Assembly: GCA_040222015.1 (NCBI GenBank)
Contig: JAVJWO010000179.1
Location: 26,751 to 90,750, forward strand
DNA: 64,000 nt
Reading direction: 5' to 3'
Source: Coleofasciculus chthonoplastes F2-STO-03
GTDB taxonomy: Bacteria; Cyanobacteriota; Cyanobacteriia; Cyanobacteriales; Coleofasciculaceae
Shown here: positions 1 to 9,846 of the stretch, one piece after another
How positions within the stretch are numbered: position 1 is the first letter of the stretch
Layout: the number at the start of each line of letters is the position of its first letter
Made by a program: the position numbers and the translations under genes
The notes under the pieces: model-generated
What the model was told of the DNA's origin: nothing
Database searches by the model: none
Seen by the model: the letters and a program-made list of their open reading frames with translations, nothing else

Positions 1-4
1 AGTC

Positions 5-1138
5 ATGGCAGCGGGAGAAGACTCAAATGGTGTACCTGGGTTTCGCTTCTCCTTTGATCCAGAGGATGTGCAAAAAGCTTGGGTGTCTCTTTATCCTCGA
101 TTATTATTAGCCAATCCCCATCAACTGAGTTATTTAGATACATTAGTTAAGCAGTTTGCGCCTCAGACCCCCGATTATAAAATTGTTATGCAATTCGGGC
201 GTCAGTTGCTGCAAAATATGCCGGAATATTCTGCCGAACCGAAGAATGAAACGATAGCAGTAACACCGATTAATTCAGTTACTCAAGTCTCTACAGACCC
301 GGCGTACAGTGAGACAATTGAAGACCGGGATTGGCACCCCTTAGCCAAGTCAGAAACCCGTGTTAATCATCGAGTGTCCCAACTCCGTGAATCCGCCCCG
401 GATGTGGAACTTCTGCAAGCTTTAACTCATGAAGTTCGCACACCACTAACGACGATTCGCACCCTAACTAAATTATTATTAAAACGTAAAGATTTAGCGC
501 CAGAAGTGATTCGGCGTCTGGAAATCATAGATCATGAATGTACAGAACAGATTAACCGCATGGAGTTAATTTTTAGAGCCGTTGAATTAGAAACAAAAGC
601 GGTGAAAGAAGCCCCGGTTAATCTCACATCAATGTCATTGACTCAAATTTTCCAGACTAGTATTCCTCACTGGCAAAAGCAGGCACAGCGACGTAATGTC
701 AGTTTGAATGTCGTATTGCCGCAAAATCTGCCCACGGTGGTGAGTAATCCTTCGATGTTAGATCAGGTGTTGACAGGTTTAGTGGAGAATTTTACCCGTA
801 CCTTACCCGCCGGTGGTCATATTCAGGTGCAGGTAACTCCCGCTGGAGACCAGTTAAAGTTGCAATTTCAGTCCCAACCTAACCCAGACAATTCGGGTAA
901 TTTGGATAAATTTGGACAGTCAACCTGTCAAACGTTAAAGTCAATTGGTCAGTTATTAATGTTTCAGCCAGAAACAGGCAGTCTGAGTTTGAATCTAAAC
1001 GTGACCAAGCATTTGTTCCAAGCCTTGGGCGGTAAACTAATTGTGCGTCAGCGACCCCAAGCCGGGGAAGTGATGACGATATTTTTGCCTTTGGAAGTTG
1101 GGAATAATTGCGGGAATCAAGAGGGAATATTGGTGTAG
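5..1138 (+). CDS. Sensor histidine kinase-like protein (HisKA with His, degenerate HATPase); probably N-terminally truncated by the window edge
   Basis: H-box LTHEVRTPLTTI. The ATPase region lacks canonical G1/G2 boxes (LVENFTR..., GSLSLNLNVTK). The frame is open to the window start. Confidence 0.8.
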   Translation: MAAGEDSNGVPGFRFSFDPEDVQKAWVSLYPRLLLANPHQLSYLDTLVKQFAPQTPDYKIVMQFGRQLLQNMPEYSAEPKNETIAVTPINSVTQVSTDPAYSETIEDRDWHPLAKSETRVNHRVSQLRESAPDVELLQALTHEVRTPLTTIRTLTKLLLKRKDLAPEVIRRLEIIDHECTEQINRMELIFRAVELETKAVKEAPVNLTSMSLTQIFQTSIPHWQKQAQRRNVSLNVVLPQNLPTVVSNPSMLDQVLTGLVENFTRTLPAGGHIQVQVTPAGDQLKLQFQSQPNPDNSGNLDKFGQSTCQTLKSIGQLLMFQPETGSLSLNLNVTKHLFQALGGKLIVRQRPQAGEVMTIFLPLEVGNNCGNQEGILV

Positions 1139-1304
1139 CAGTCTCACCGCCAGGGGTTTAAACCCCTGGCTAAAAGCTAAATTCGTGAAAATTGGTTATA
1201 AAGATTTGTCATTTGTCCTTTTTCATACATTCGGTTAAGAGCGGGTTTAGTAATATCTGGGTGGCAAGAAACGATAATGGTAAAATCAGCCCTGACAACC
1301 TGTC

Positions 1305-2705
1305 TCATTTATGATCACCAACAACAGGCAATAATACTTTAAACGTTGATCCTATTCCCACTTGACTGGTCACCGAAATCGAACCTCCACAACGCAATAA
1401 TAATTGCTGCACAATGGTTAATCCCAAACCCGCTCCCATTTTTTCCCCAGGAAGAGGACGTCCTCGATAAAAACTATCAAAAATCTTAGGAATGTCACTC
1501 GCGGCAATTCCATTTCCCGTATCAGTAAATGCCAACTGAACATATTCCCCCTGAAGACTCCCTAGTACCCTCACTTGACCCCCGGCGGAAGTAAATTTGA
1601 GACTGTTGTTCAGTAAATTAATAGCAATTTGCCGTAACCAGGTTTCTAAACAGGAAACCCTGGGCAGATCAGCCGGGATGGTATAACCGAGTTGAATCCC
1701 TTTTTCTTGAGCCAATGGCTGATAGGTACTCACCACACCAGGAATAATCTCTGCCAATTCTACTACCGACTTGACTCCCGCTTGGGGTTCATCGGCTTCA
1801 ACCAGATCCAACAATCCCACAATTAATGAATTTTGGCGATCGCATTCACTGTTGAGAAGCTGTAGGTAACGTTGACGCTGGGCGAGTTTGAGTTGAGGCG
1901 ATTCCAAGAGACTCAGCGCTGTTTTCATATTCGTTAATGGAGTTTTCAGTTCCTGCGCCACTCGCCGTAGGAGTTCGTCTTTATGGCTGAGGTGATGGGT
2001 TAATTGGGTAATGGCGCTATCCTGTCCAGGTTCAGCTGTTGTTACTGACGGGAGAATTTCCGCCGTTCGTTGTAATTGTTTGACCAACACCTGGGTGATT
2101 AACGTCTTCTCATCTGTCGCTTGAACCAAGGAAAATCGGTTGTCCCCTCCAGCAAGTAACTCATCGGGCGTACTATCCGCGATCGCAATACTTCCTCTGA
2201 GTCCCTGCAACACCCGATAGATCACTCGTCGTTCAAACGTACAAATAGCTAGCCATGACTGAGACTGATCAGGACTTTCCCCCTCAGGTAGCTGATATGC
2301 CACAATCAGACTGGTCAATTGCTCAGACAGAACTAATAGAAACGACTCGCGTTTAAGCTGGCTTCCGGCGGCTAGCTGAATGGGGAACAGTTGAGCATCC
2401 GAGTTAACGGCTGGGTTATCCTGAGTCGCGATCGCATCAGAGACTTCACCAAAACAGGTACACCAATAGAGGGTTTGCGGAATACCCCTCTGTTGTGGAT
2501 ATCGCAACAGTTCCTCCCGCCACCCGGCGACGGATGGGAACTTAACCCAGATGGTGGCGGGGATTTTTTCTTCAATCAGTACATCAACCATGGCTCCAAT
2601 CAAGGTTTTGAGTCCCACTGGACTGATTGAGAAAGACTGAGGTGTTGTCAAATTATCCAGCGCTAGCTGGTAAAGGGACAAATCCGGTGTCGGTGGTGGG
2701 TTCAT
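1305..2705 (-). CDS. DICT-type sensor domain histidine kinase-like protein (H-box His replaced by Gln)
   Basis: N-terminal region typical of cyanobacterial DICT kinases. VAQELKTPL at the H-box, with intact N (LLNNSLKF), G1 (DTGNGI) and G2 (GAGLGL) boxes. Start moved to ATG 2705 because the upstream in-frame part is repeat sequence. Confidence 0.8.
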   Translation of the reverse strand: MNPPPTPDLSLYQLALDNLTTPQSFSISPVGLKTLIGAMVDVLIEEKIPATIWVKFPSVAGWREELLRYPQQRGIPQTLYWCTCFGEVSDAIATQDNPAVNSDAQLFPIQLAAGSQLKRESFLLVLSEQLTSLIVAYQLPEGESPDQSQSWLAICTFERRVIYRVLQGLRGSIAIADSTPDELLAGGDNRFSLVQATDEKTLITQVLVKQLQRTAEILPSVTTAEPGQDSAITQLTHHLSHKDELLRRVAQELKTPLTNMKTALSLLESPQLKLAQRQRYLQLLNSECDRQNSLIVGLLDLVEADEPQAGVKSVVELAEIIPGVVSTYQPLAQEKGIQLGYTIPADLPRVSCLETWLRQIAINLLNNSLKFTSAGGQVRVLGSLQGEYVQLAFTDTGNGIAASDIPKIFDSFYRGRPLPGEKMGAGLGLTIVQQLLLRCGGSISVTSQVGIGSTFKVLLPVVGDHK

Positions 2706-2818
2706 TAGGGAGCAGAGGTGCTGGGATGCGGGGGTGCAGGGGGAAGCAATGTAGAGACGTAGCATGCTACGTCTGGGAGCTGGGGAAGTCGCGAGTTAAC
2801 TCAAAACTCTACCTTACA

Positions 2819-2880
2819 CTGTTCCCTGTTCCCTGTTCCCTGTTCCCTGTTCCCTGTTCCCTGACCAATGACCAATGACG
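2819..2880. repeat. Heptamer short tandem repeats (CCCTGTT)n followed by TGACCAA units
   Basis: Directly visible; cyanobacterial STRR type. Confidence 0.9.
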
Positions 2881-2882
2881 AA

Positions 2883-4388
2883 TCAACTAAATCGACCTAA
2901 GAGAGCCTCTCGCGCTTGTTCACGGTCATCGAAGTGTATTTTTTCGGTTCCTAATATTTGATAGTCTTCGTGACCTTTTCCGGCAATTAACACCCCATCA
3001 CCCGGTTTGGCGTCTAAGATAGCTGTGCGAATCGCTGTGGCGCGATCGCTAATTACGATTGGCTCTACAGTCGCCGGAATTCCTTCTAAGATATCTTGAA
3101 TAATCCGTTCTGGGTCTTCAGTACGAGGATTATCTGATGTCACCACCGCGACATCGGCTAATTCTGCGCCAATTTTCCCCATCTTCGGACGCTTGGTGCG
3201 ATCGCGATCGCCTCCACATCCAAATACGCAAATCATTTTCCCCTGAATAAAGGGTCGAGAGGCTTTGAGCAAGTTCTCTAAACTATCTGGCGTATGGGCA
3301 TAATCGACAATTACGCTAATATCCTGATCCGGTTGAAGTTGCACCCGTTCCATCCGCCCTGGTACTCCCGGAAATTGGTTTAAGGTGGTGACTACTGTTT
3401 GTAGATCTAACCCTAAATTTAACACTGCACCAATAGCAGCCAAGACATTGGACAAATTGTACTGACCCACCAGGGGAGAATTGAATGTCACTTCACCTAC
3501 TGGTGTGTGCAGTGTTCCTTTAACACCAATCAATGTATAAGTCAAGTTGCTCGTATACAAATCTGCCGAGGAATCTTGAACACTGTAACTCCAAGTGCGA
3601 TCGCGTCCAACTTGTTCGATTAAGCGCTTACCATACGGATCATCGGCATTAATAATCGCTTTGCCGTGGAGATAATCGGAATTAAACAATAATGCCTTTG
3701 CCGCAAAATAATCCTCCATGTCGCGGTGGAAATCCAAATGGTCTTGGGTGAGATTGGTAAATACAGCGACATCAAACTCACAGCCTAACACCCGACCTTG
3801 GGCTAAGGCGTGGGAACTGACTTCCATCACCCCTAACTCACAGCCTGCTGCTACTGCTGAATGTAACTGCTGTTGTAGTTCTACGGGAAACGGTGTGGTG
3901 TGAACCGCCGTTTGGGAAAATCCTTGCCAACGGGCATAAAGGGTACCAAAAAGGGCAGTGGGACGTTGGGCTTGGGTGAGGATAAATTCAATTAGATGGG
4001 TGGTGGTAGTTTTGCCATTTGTACCCGTGACGCCAACTAACTGAAGCTGGCGGGTGGGGTAGTCATAGAACGCCGCCGCTGCTTGGGCGCAGGCTACCGT
4101 CATGTCAGTGGCACAGATAATGCAGGGCGGTTCAGCATCAGGTTTCGGCTGAGGGGGGTGTTTTTGTGCCGCTTGGGGAGAAATTAACGCCGCGACAGCA
4201 CCCGACGCGATCGCACTTTGCCAAAATTCCCCACCATCGACACGGGTTCCCGGCATTCCAATAAACAAATTGCCGGGTTGACAGGCGTGGGAATTGGTAC
4301 AGATTCCTGTGATTTGGGCGTCAAGTGCTGGATGATTCGGCAGTTGCACGCTATTAGGAATCGCCCTTAGTAAATCATGTAGCTTCAT
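2883..4388 (-). CDS. murE: UDP-N-acetylmuramoyl-L-alanyl-D-glutamate--2,6-diaminopimelate ligase
   Basis: GVTGTNGKTTT, MEVSSHAL, TNLTQDHLDFH, VDYAHTPD, DNPR and GKGHE motifs. An alternative TTG start is at 4394. Confidence 0.97.
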   Translation of the reverse strand: MKLHDLLRAIPNSVQLPNHPALDAQITGICTNSHACQPGNLFIGMPGTRVDGGEFWQSAIASGAVAALISPQAAQKHPPQPKPDAEPPCIICATDMTVACAQAAAAFYDYPTRQLQLVGVTGTNGKTTTTHLIEFILTQAQRPTALFGTLYARWQGFSQTAVHTTPFPVELQQQLHSAVAAGCELGVMEVSSHALAQGRVLGCEFDVAVFTNLTQDHLDFHRDMEDYFAAKALLFNSDYLHGKAIINADDPYGKRLIEQVGRDRTWSYSVQDSSADLYTSNLTYTLIGVKGTLHTPVGEVTFNSPLVGQYNLSNVLAAIGAVLNLGLDLQTVVTTLNQFPGVPGRMERVQLQPDQDISVIVDYAHTPDSLENLLKASRPFIQGKMICVFGCGGDRDRTKRPKMGKIGAELADVAVVTSDNPRTEDPERIIQDILEGIPATVEPIVISDRATAIRTAILDAKPGDGVLIAGKGHEDYQILGTEKIHFDDREQAREALLGRFS

Positions 4389-4621
4389 ACTCAATTAACT
4401 CCTCACGATGAGAGGGATAGGGGCAAAGAAGAACTACAGAGTAGCACTCCTGTGGCTTGTTAGGATTACAGAGACGCGATCGCTATCAGGCGAAACCCAT
4501 TAAATCCCTTAAACTGCGAGGTCGAAAGCAAAAGACGCTAATTTACAGTGTATTGGGACAAAAACCCCAGATCCAACCTCAACCTGATTCGTACACCCAG
4601 TCGGCTGCTGTTTTTTCCGGC

Positions 4622-4885
4622 TTACAAATATTTCTGTAACATTTTCTCTAACTGCGGCACACTCAAACGGGGTGAAGGGCGAGGAAGCGGTGTTTCTTTC
4701 CCGTCTTTGTGATAACACAGCACGGGTACTTGATATTGATAAGCTTGGAACCAATCGTCCCGCTGGGTAATGTTCCGCACCACAAGAAGAAAATCCAATG
4801 TTTGAATTTGTTCGAGCTTTTCTTGTAACCCTTCGCACAGGTGGCAACCCGGTTTGCTGTACAAAATTAAGGTGTCATTTGTCAT
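4622..4885 (-). CDS. Glutaredoxin-like (thioredoxin-fold) protein
   Basis: LYSKPGCHLC CxxC motif and YQYQVPVL; the family is commonly found next to murE in cyanobacteria. Confidence 0.85.
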   Translation of the reverse strand: MTNDTLILYSKPGCHLCEGLQEKLEQIQTLDFLLVVRNITQRDDWFQAYQYQVPVLCYHKDGKETPLPRPSPRLSVPQLEKMLQKYL

Positions 4886-5045
4886 TGGTTATTGGTCAAC
4901 AGCATCTAGAACAATGAAGATGGGGCAGTTTTGAGTGGGAGCGGTTTGGATTAACACCCAACACTCGGACGGCGTCCGGCTGGGTTTCGCTAACGCTAAC
5001 ATCCACCTGTGTCCCATCACCTTTTCCCCAATTCCAATTTTAGAG

Positions 5046-5119
5046 CGCCCTCGGTAGGACTCGAACCCACGGCCAAAGGATTAGAAATCCCTTGCTCTAT
5101 CCACCTGAGCTACGAGGGC
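5046..5119 (-). tRNA. tRNA-Arg(TCT)
   Basis: The reverse complement GCCCTCGTAGCTCAGGTGGATAGAGCAAGGGATTTCTAATCCTTTGGCCGTGGGTTCGAGTCCTACCGAGGGCG folds as a cloverleaf, with anticodon loop TT-TCT-AA and a GTTCGA T-loop. CCA is not encoded. Confidence 0.95.
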
Positions 5120-5564
5120 ATAGATTTATAATACAAAAATTAAACCCCTAACTGGCAAGATTCATTGTAGATCAGGGTAGCAGAAATATAGGATATGGTT
5201 AATGATTGTAACATTGTAACCGACATTGGGTTTTGCTTGTGCAAGGTGTTTGTCCCAATATTTGAGGAAACTAAAGACTCAAGCAGCTTGAGGTCAAGGT
5301 AAACTACTATAGACCAACATACATAACGGATCAAAACTTGTGTCAACTATCCCACTCATAGCTGGGGGCATGGATGAGGTATCCAGCTGCGACAAACAGA
5401 TCAGTTGTCAGTTTAGGAGATTGGCTCACAAACTGGATGTGCTTCTGTTTCACTCGCCCAAGTCCCAGACAAGACAGACAAGACAGACAAGATAGATGGT
5501 TAATTAGATTACAGCTCGTCCTGTAGCACCACCCTAGCCCGGTCAGGAGTCATTTGCCAGTGTT

Positions 5565-6224
5565 ATGTTTATTCTGAAAAGGCAGGATGTTGAAATTTCT
5601 AGCATTCAGCACCCGAAGCGAGAGCAGCAAATCCCGATTCTCAGTTATCAAGGGCAAACCTTTCGCTTGATCAGCGTGTTTCGCGCTCATCAGGAAGAAG
5701 AAGCCCGCTCCTTCTGGCGAGATTTGACAGATAATCAGGGAAAAGCTTGTGTTTTACTAGAAGAAACAGACCGCTTTAGTGTGTGGGGAAAAATTCGTCT
5801 AGAGCAATTAGGTACAGAAGGCGGTCCAGATACCAAAATTGCTCCCTATACCCAAGCCTGTCTCCTACTGCTGCAAACAGTTTACCTGGATGTTGAAGAT
5901 TTACTCGGAAATAGGCAAGCGGGATTGTTTCAGAAGGATATCACGGAAGTCTTTCAACAATGGCATTTTCCCCAAGCCGATTCGCCGGAAGCCGTGAATC
6001 ACTTACTGACCGTCGATCCGCTCAACACCCTGCAAGTTCCACCGTGGGAAGAACACCATCTGATTACCCTATTGCAGGAACTCTATCGCTTGGGCAAGGA
6101 ATACTTTGGCAATGCGAATTTTGCCGAAGGAGTGGGCGATATCTTACAGGATATGCCAGCAAATGAGCAAACTCAGTTTATGGAGTGGCTCAAATCCTCT
6201 CCCCTAGGAAAGTTGTGGCAATAA
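5565..6224 (+). CDS. Conserved cyanobacterial hypothetical protein (Npun_F0813-like)
   Basis: The start MFILKRQDVEI...QIPILSYQGQTFRLISVF matches a family I recognise from filamentous cyanobacteria. Confidence 0.75.
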   Translation: MFILKRQDVEISSIQHPKREQQIPILSYQGQTFRLISVFRAHQEEEARSFWRDLTDNQGKACVLLEETDRFSVWGKIRLEQLGTEGGPDTKIAPYTQACLLLLQTVYLDVEDLLGNRQAGLFQKDITEVFQQWHFPQADSPEAVNHLLTVDPLNTLQVPPWEEHHLITLLQELYRLGKEYFGNANFAEGVGDILQDMPANEQTQFMEWLKSSPLGKLWQ

Positions 6225-6359
6225 TGGAACGTCAAGGATAAATAAATGTATCATGGATGGTTGCCAAGATGGAATTTTAGGACATCAGCCGCTAAGTTTA
6301 TAAATAAGTATTGCTTACGTAATTGCCATTGTTAGAGATTTCAAAATAAAGAAAGCATT

Positions 6360-7400
6360 ATGAGCAGCTCTGTAGATAAGTCATCTGGAACTCAATCCCT
6401 ACTGACAGGTCAGAATATCGTCTATCTAGGAATTGGGTGGGCAGTAGTGTCTATGCTGTTTTTTCTACTGTTTAGCGTAAAACCACCGGGAGAAGAGTAT
6501 CCCTTTTGGTACTCCTTTAGCACATATCTCCTGGAGTGTTTACCCTTCTTAGGAGCTGCATTACTCTGCTATAGAAATTGGCGTAGCCCTCAGATTGCCA
6601 GTGGACGCAATGTCTGGCTGGGAATTGGTTTAGGTATGCTTTTTTACTTTATCGCCAACGTGATATTTGGCGTATGGGAGCTATACTTTGGTCTTGACCC
6701 AGATGTATCCCCTGCCGATTTCTTTTACGTGATTTCTTATATCTGTATTGGTTGGGGCATGATTTTAGCCGTTCTGCCGAGGCGCTTAAATTTAGAGTGG
6801 AAGCAGTGGGTAACGGTGGGATTAATCGCTGCTTTGGGGATTGCTTTAGCCGTTTGGGTTTTATTAGCTCCTCCTGTAGCCGTAGAGTCAGAGGCTAACA
6901 ATTCTGTCTTGCCAACAACTGAGTCAGCAACAGCAAGAGTATCCCCCCGATTGGTGGCTTCTCTTTCACTACGGGTGGCAGTTAGCCCAACTGAAGCTGC
7001 CGCAACGCCTGAAGCTGAGGTTCCAGAAACTGGTAAGTTGCCCGGTTGGGTTATTTCTTTGGATCAAGCCCTCAGTCCTTTATCAAAAACGTTGAATTTT
7101 GTATACATCGTTTTTGATGTCTTCCTACTCATCATTGCCTCAACACTTTTGTTAGCATTTTGGGGGGGGCGCTTTGCCCAATCATGGCGCATGATTGCCG
7201 CAGCAACATTTTCCCTATACATTGCGGATATGGGGTTTAAAGCTTATGGCGCTCTGGCTAAGGCTCGTGGTCAAGAATATGAAAGTGGGGGTCTCCTAGA
7301 TGTCTTCTTTATATTTAGTGCCTTACTTTTTGCCATAGGCGCTGCCCTGGAATATGACGTCTCTAGTCGTTCTCGTCGCGGTTCACGTCGGCGAACTTAA
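6360..7400 (+). CDS. Conserved polytopic membrane protein
   Basis: About 8 hydrophobic segments; conserved-looking RNWRSPQIASGRNVW and LAFWGGRFAQSWR motifs. Confidence 0.8.
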   Translation: MSSSVDKSSGTQSLLTGQNIVYLGIGWAVVSMLFFLLFSVKPPGEEYPFWYSFSTYLLECLPFLGAALLCYRNWRSPQIASGRNVWLGIGLGMLFYFIANVIFGVWELYFGLDPDVSPADFFYVISYICIGWGMILAVLPRRLNLEWKQWVTVGLIAALGIALAVWVLLAPPVAVESEANNSVLPTTESATARVSPRLVASLSLRVAVSPTEAAATPEAEVPETGKLPGWVISLDQALSPLSKTLNFVYIVFDVFLLIIASTLLLAFWGGRFAQSWRMIAAATFSLYIADMGFKAYGALAKARGQEYESGGLLDVFFIFSALLFAIGAALEYDVSSRSRRGSRRRT

Positions 7401-7408
7401 AATTAGCT

Positions 7409-8437
7409 ATGAGTCCAAGAAAACTAACTGAAACCGATAAAAAAAATATTTTGAACTTGTATCGACAGCCAGAAGAGACAACCTCAACCCTGGCTGATCG
7501 TTATGGTGTCAGTAATTCAACGATTAGCCGCCTGCTCAAAAGCACGTTGTTGGAGTCGGACTATGAAGCCCTCATCCAGCAAAAGCGAGCTAATCGCACG
7601 CCAGGATCAGGGACAGCGACGAAGCCAAAACCCAAGCTAGTGGAACGGATTGAACCTAAATCATTGTCGGTTTCTCCCTCTCCCCAACCCTCTATAGAAT
7701 CGGAAGAGGAAGAATCTATAGAATCGGAAGAGGAAGAATCAGAAGACGAAGAATCAGGATTTGAGTATCCCAATCAACGTCGGCGGCGCAAACGCTCTTC
7801 TGTAACTGATCAATCTGATGTAGAATCCCAGGCAAAACAAGGTGAGTTGCCTCTGGAGTTTAATCGAACAGAAACTCAAAGGGATACAGAAGACTCAGAC
7901 GATCTGCTTGAAGAAATGGATCAGGCAGAAACCAGCCACCTAAAGGATTTGTTAGATGAAGATTTAATGGATTTAGACGAGGATTTAGACGAGGATTTAG
8001 ATGAGGATTTAGATGAGGATTTTGAGGAGGATTGGGACGAAGACGAGGATGAGGAAGATAGTGCTATTCCACAACCTCTGACGACGACTCATGTTCCCAG
8101 GGGGGCAAATATTCAGGTTTTACCCCTATCGGAAGCTTCTTTTCCGAAACCCTGCTATTTAGTGATAGACCGAGCCGCCGAGTTAATTGCGCGACCTCTG
8201 CGAGAATTTAGTGACTTGGGAGGTATTCCGGCTGAGGAATTCCAGCAACAAACTTTGCCAGTTTTTGATAATCATAGGGTGGCACGACGCTTTTCCAACC
8301 GTTCCCAGCGCGTGATTAAAGTGCCTGATGGGAAAATGTTGCAGAAAACCTGTTCTTATCTACAAGCCAAAGGCATTACCCGCCTTTTGATTGATGGTCA
8401 GGTCTATTCATTGTTAACAGCACCGTTGTTTGAATAG
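7409..8437 (+). CDS. Hypothetical protein: N-terminal HTH, long acidic linker, conserved C-terminal domain
   Basis: HTH-like TTSTLADRYGVSNSTISRLLK; D/E-rich repeats (DEDL)n; C-terminal PVFDNHRVARRFS. Confidence 0.75.
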   Translation: MSPRKLTETDKKNILNLYRQPEETTSTLADRYGVSNSTISRLLKSTLLESDYEALIQQKRANRTPGSGTATKPKPKLVERIEPKSLSVSPSPQPSIESEEEESIESEEEESEDEESGFEYPNQRRRRKRSSVTDQSDVESQAKQGELPLEFNRTETQRDTEDSDDLLEEMDQAETSHLKDLLDEDLMDLDEDLDEDLDEDLDEDFEEDWDEDEDEEDSAIPQPLTTTHVPRGANIQVLPLSEASFPKPCYLVIDRAAELIARPLREFSDLGGIPAEEFQQQTLPVFDNHRVARRFSNRSQRVIKVPDGKMLQKTCSYLQAKGITRLLIDGQVYSLLTAPLFE

Positions 8438-8549
8438 GGGCAGATGTTGTCATTGGTTATTCGTCCCTCATCCCCTAACCCCTTCTCCCAGAGGTTCCAT
8501 CGATGTGGCACAATAAAAGGCGTGATTTATCGGTTATCAGGTAATCAAA

Positions 8550-9644
8550 GTGAGTCTGACTGCCCAAGCCCCTAAGACTGCTCGTCGCGTCGTTTTTCCG
8601 TTTACCGCCATCGTCGGTCAAGCAGAAATGAAGCTGGCTCTCCTGCTGAATGTCATTGACCCCAAAATTGGTGGAGTAATGATTATGGGCGATCGCGGTA
8701 CGGGTAAGTCCACCACCATTCGGGCGTTGGCTGACTTGTTGCCGGAAATTGAGGTGGTTGCCGACGATCCCTTCAATAGCGATCCCAACGAACCCGACTG
8801 GATGAATAGTAATGGAGAAGTACAATCTGATTCAACAGTCAAGAAAAAAGTTCCGATGGTTGATCTGCCCTTGGGCGCAACCGAAGACCGAGTGTGCGGC
8901 ACGATTGATATTGAAAAGGCATTAGCCGAAGGGGTGAAAGCCTTTGAACCCGGACTGTTAGCTAAAGCTAATCGCGGTATCCTCTATGTCGATGAAGTAA
9001 ATCTACTTGACGATCACCTCGTTGATGTGCTACTGGACTCAGCGGCTAGTGGTTGGAATACCGTCGAACGAGAAGGCATTTCCATTCGCCATCCGGCTCG
9101 TTTTGTGTTGGTGGGTTCTGGCAACCCGGAAGAAGGAGAACTGCGTCCGCAACTCCTGGATCGTTTCGGCATGCACGCGGAAATCCGCACGGTCAAAGAG
9201 CCAACGCTGCGGGTAAAAATTGTGGAGGAACGCGCCGCGTTTGACAAAAATCCCTTGGATTACATCAAAGAACACCAGGAAGTCCAAGAGACATTGCAGC
9301 AGCAAATCGTCACCGCCCAGGCGCAACTGCCCCAAGTTGAAATGGACTATGACATGCGGGTGAATATTTCTGAGATTTGCTCAGAATTGGATGTGGATGG
9401 ATTGCGAGGGGATATTGTCACCAACCGTGCAGCCAAAGCCTTGGCTGCTTTTGAAGGGCGCACGGAAGTCACAGTGGATGATATTCGCCGGGTGATTACA
9501 CTATGCTTACGTCACCGCTTGCGGAAAGACCCCTTGGAGTCGATTGACTCAGGCTACAAGGTACAAAAAGCCTTCGGTCGTGTATTTGGGGTGGAGACGG
9601 AACCAGAAGCCGATGCTGCCATGGCAGTGAGTGGATCTCGCTAA
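8550..9644 (+). CDS. chlI: Magnesium chelatase ATPase subunit I
   Basis: [50 protein letters not shown]. Confidence 0.97.
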   Translation: MSLTAQAPKTARRVVFPFTAIVGQAEMKLALLLNVIDPKIGGVMIMGDRGTGKSTTIRALADLLPEIEVVADDPFNSDPNEPDWMNSNGEVQSDSTVKKKVPMVDLPLGATEDRVCGTIDIEKALAEGVKAFEPGLLAKANRGILYVDEVNLLDDHLVDVLLDSAASGWNTVEREGISIRHPARFVLVGSGNPEEGELRPQLLDRFGMHAEIRTVKEPTLRVKIVEERAAFDKNPLDYIKEHQEVQETLQQQIVTAQAQLPQVEMDYDMRVNISEICSELDVDGLRGDIVTNRAAKALAAFEGRTEVTVDDIRRVITLCLRHRLRKDPLESIDSGYKVQKAFGRVFGVETEPEADAAMAVSGSR

Positions 9645-9846
9645 GGTATATTGGGGAAATTGGCGAACAACCTACACTTGGCTGACGCTAGGTGTAGGTT
9701 TTAAGACGAAGCGATCGCGTCGTTCGCAGTTGCGCTTGTAGTTGCGCTTGTAGTTGCGCTGTCTTCGCCATCAACTGAACACAGCCATCATTAACCCTAT
9801 TTAAAATAATAATTAAACCCGCACCCCCCCATAAAAATCCAGCGCC

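Noticed and set aside
2627..2878. Short ORFs over repeats or antisense to long genes (for example 2627-2878, 38062-38310, 43742-43942, 48161-48448)
   Set aside because: They translate STRR/REP sequence or shadow well-supported genes; no independent coding evidence.
5046..5119. tRNA used as an island integration site
   Set aside because: No duplicated tRNA 3' end or integrase seen; the flanking genes look like core genome.
5205..5221. RpaB HLR1 site (TGTAAC direct repeat)
   Set aside because: The repeat spacing does not match the canonical two-nucleotide gap.
7409..8437. Transposase
   Set aside because: Only an N-terminal HTH; no DDE domain or terminal repeats.
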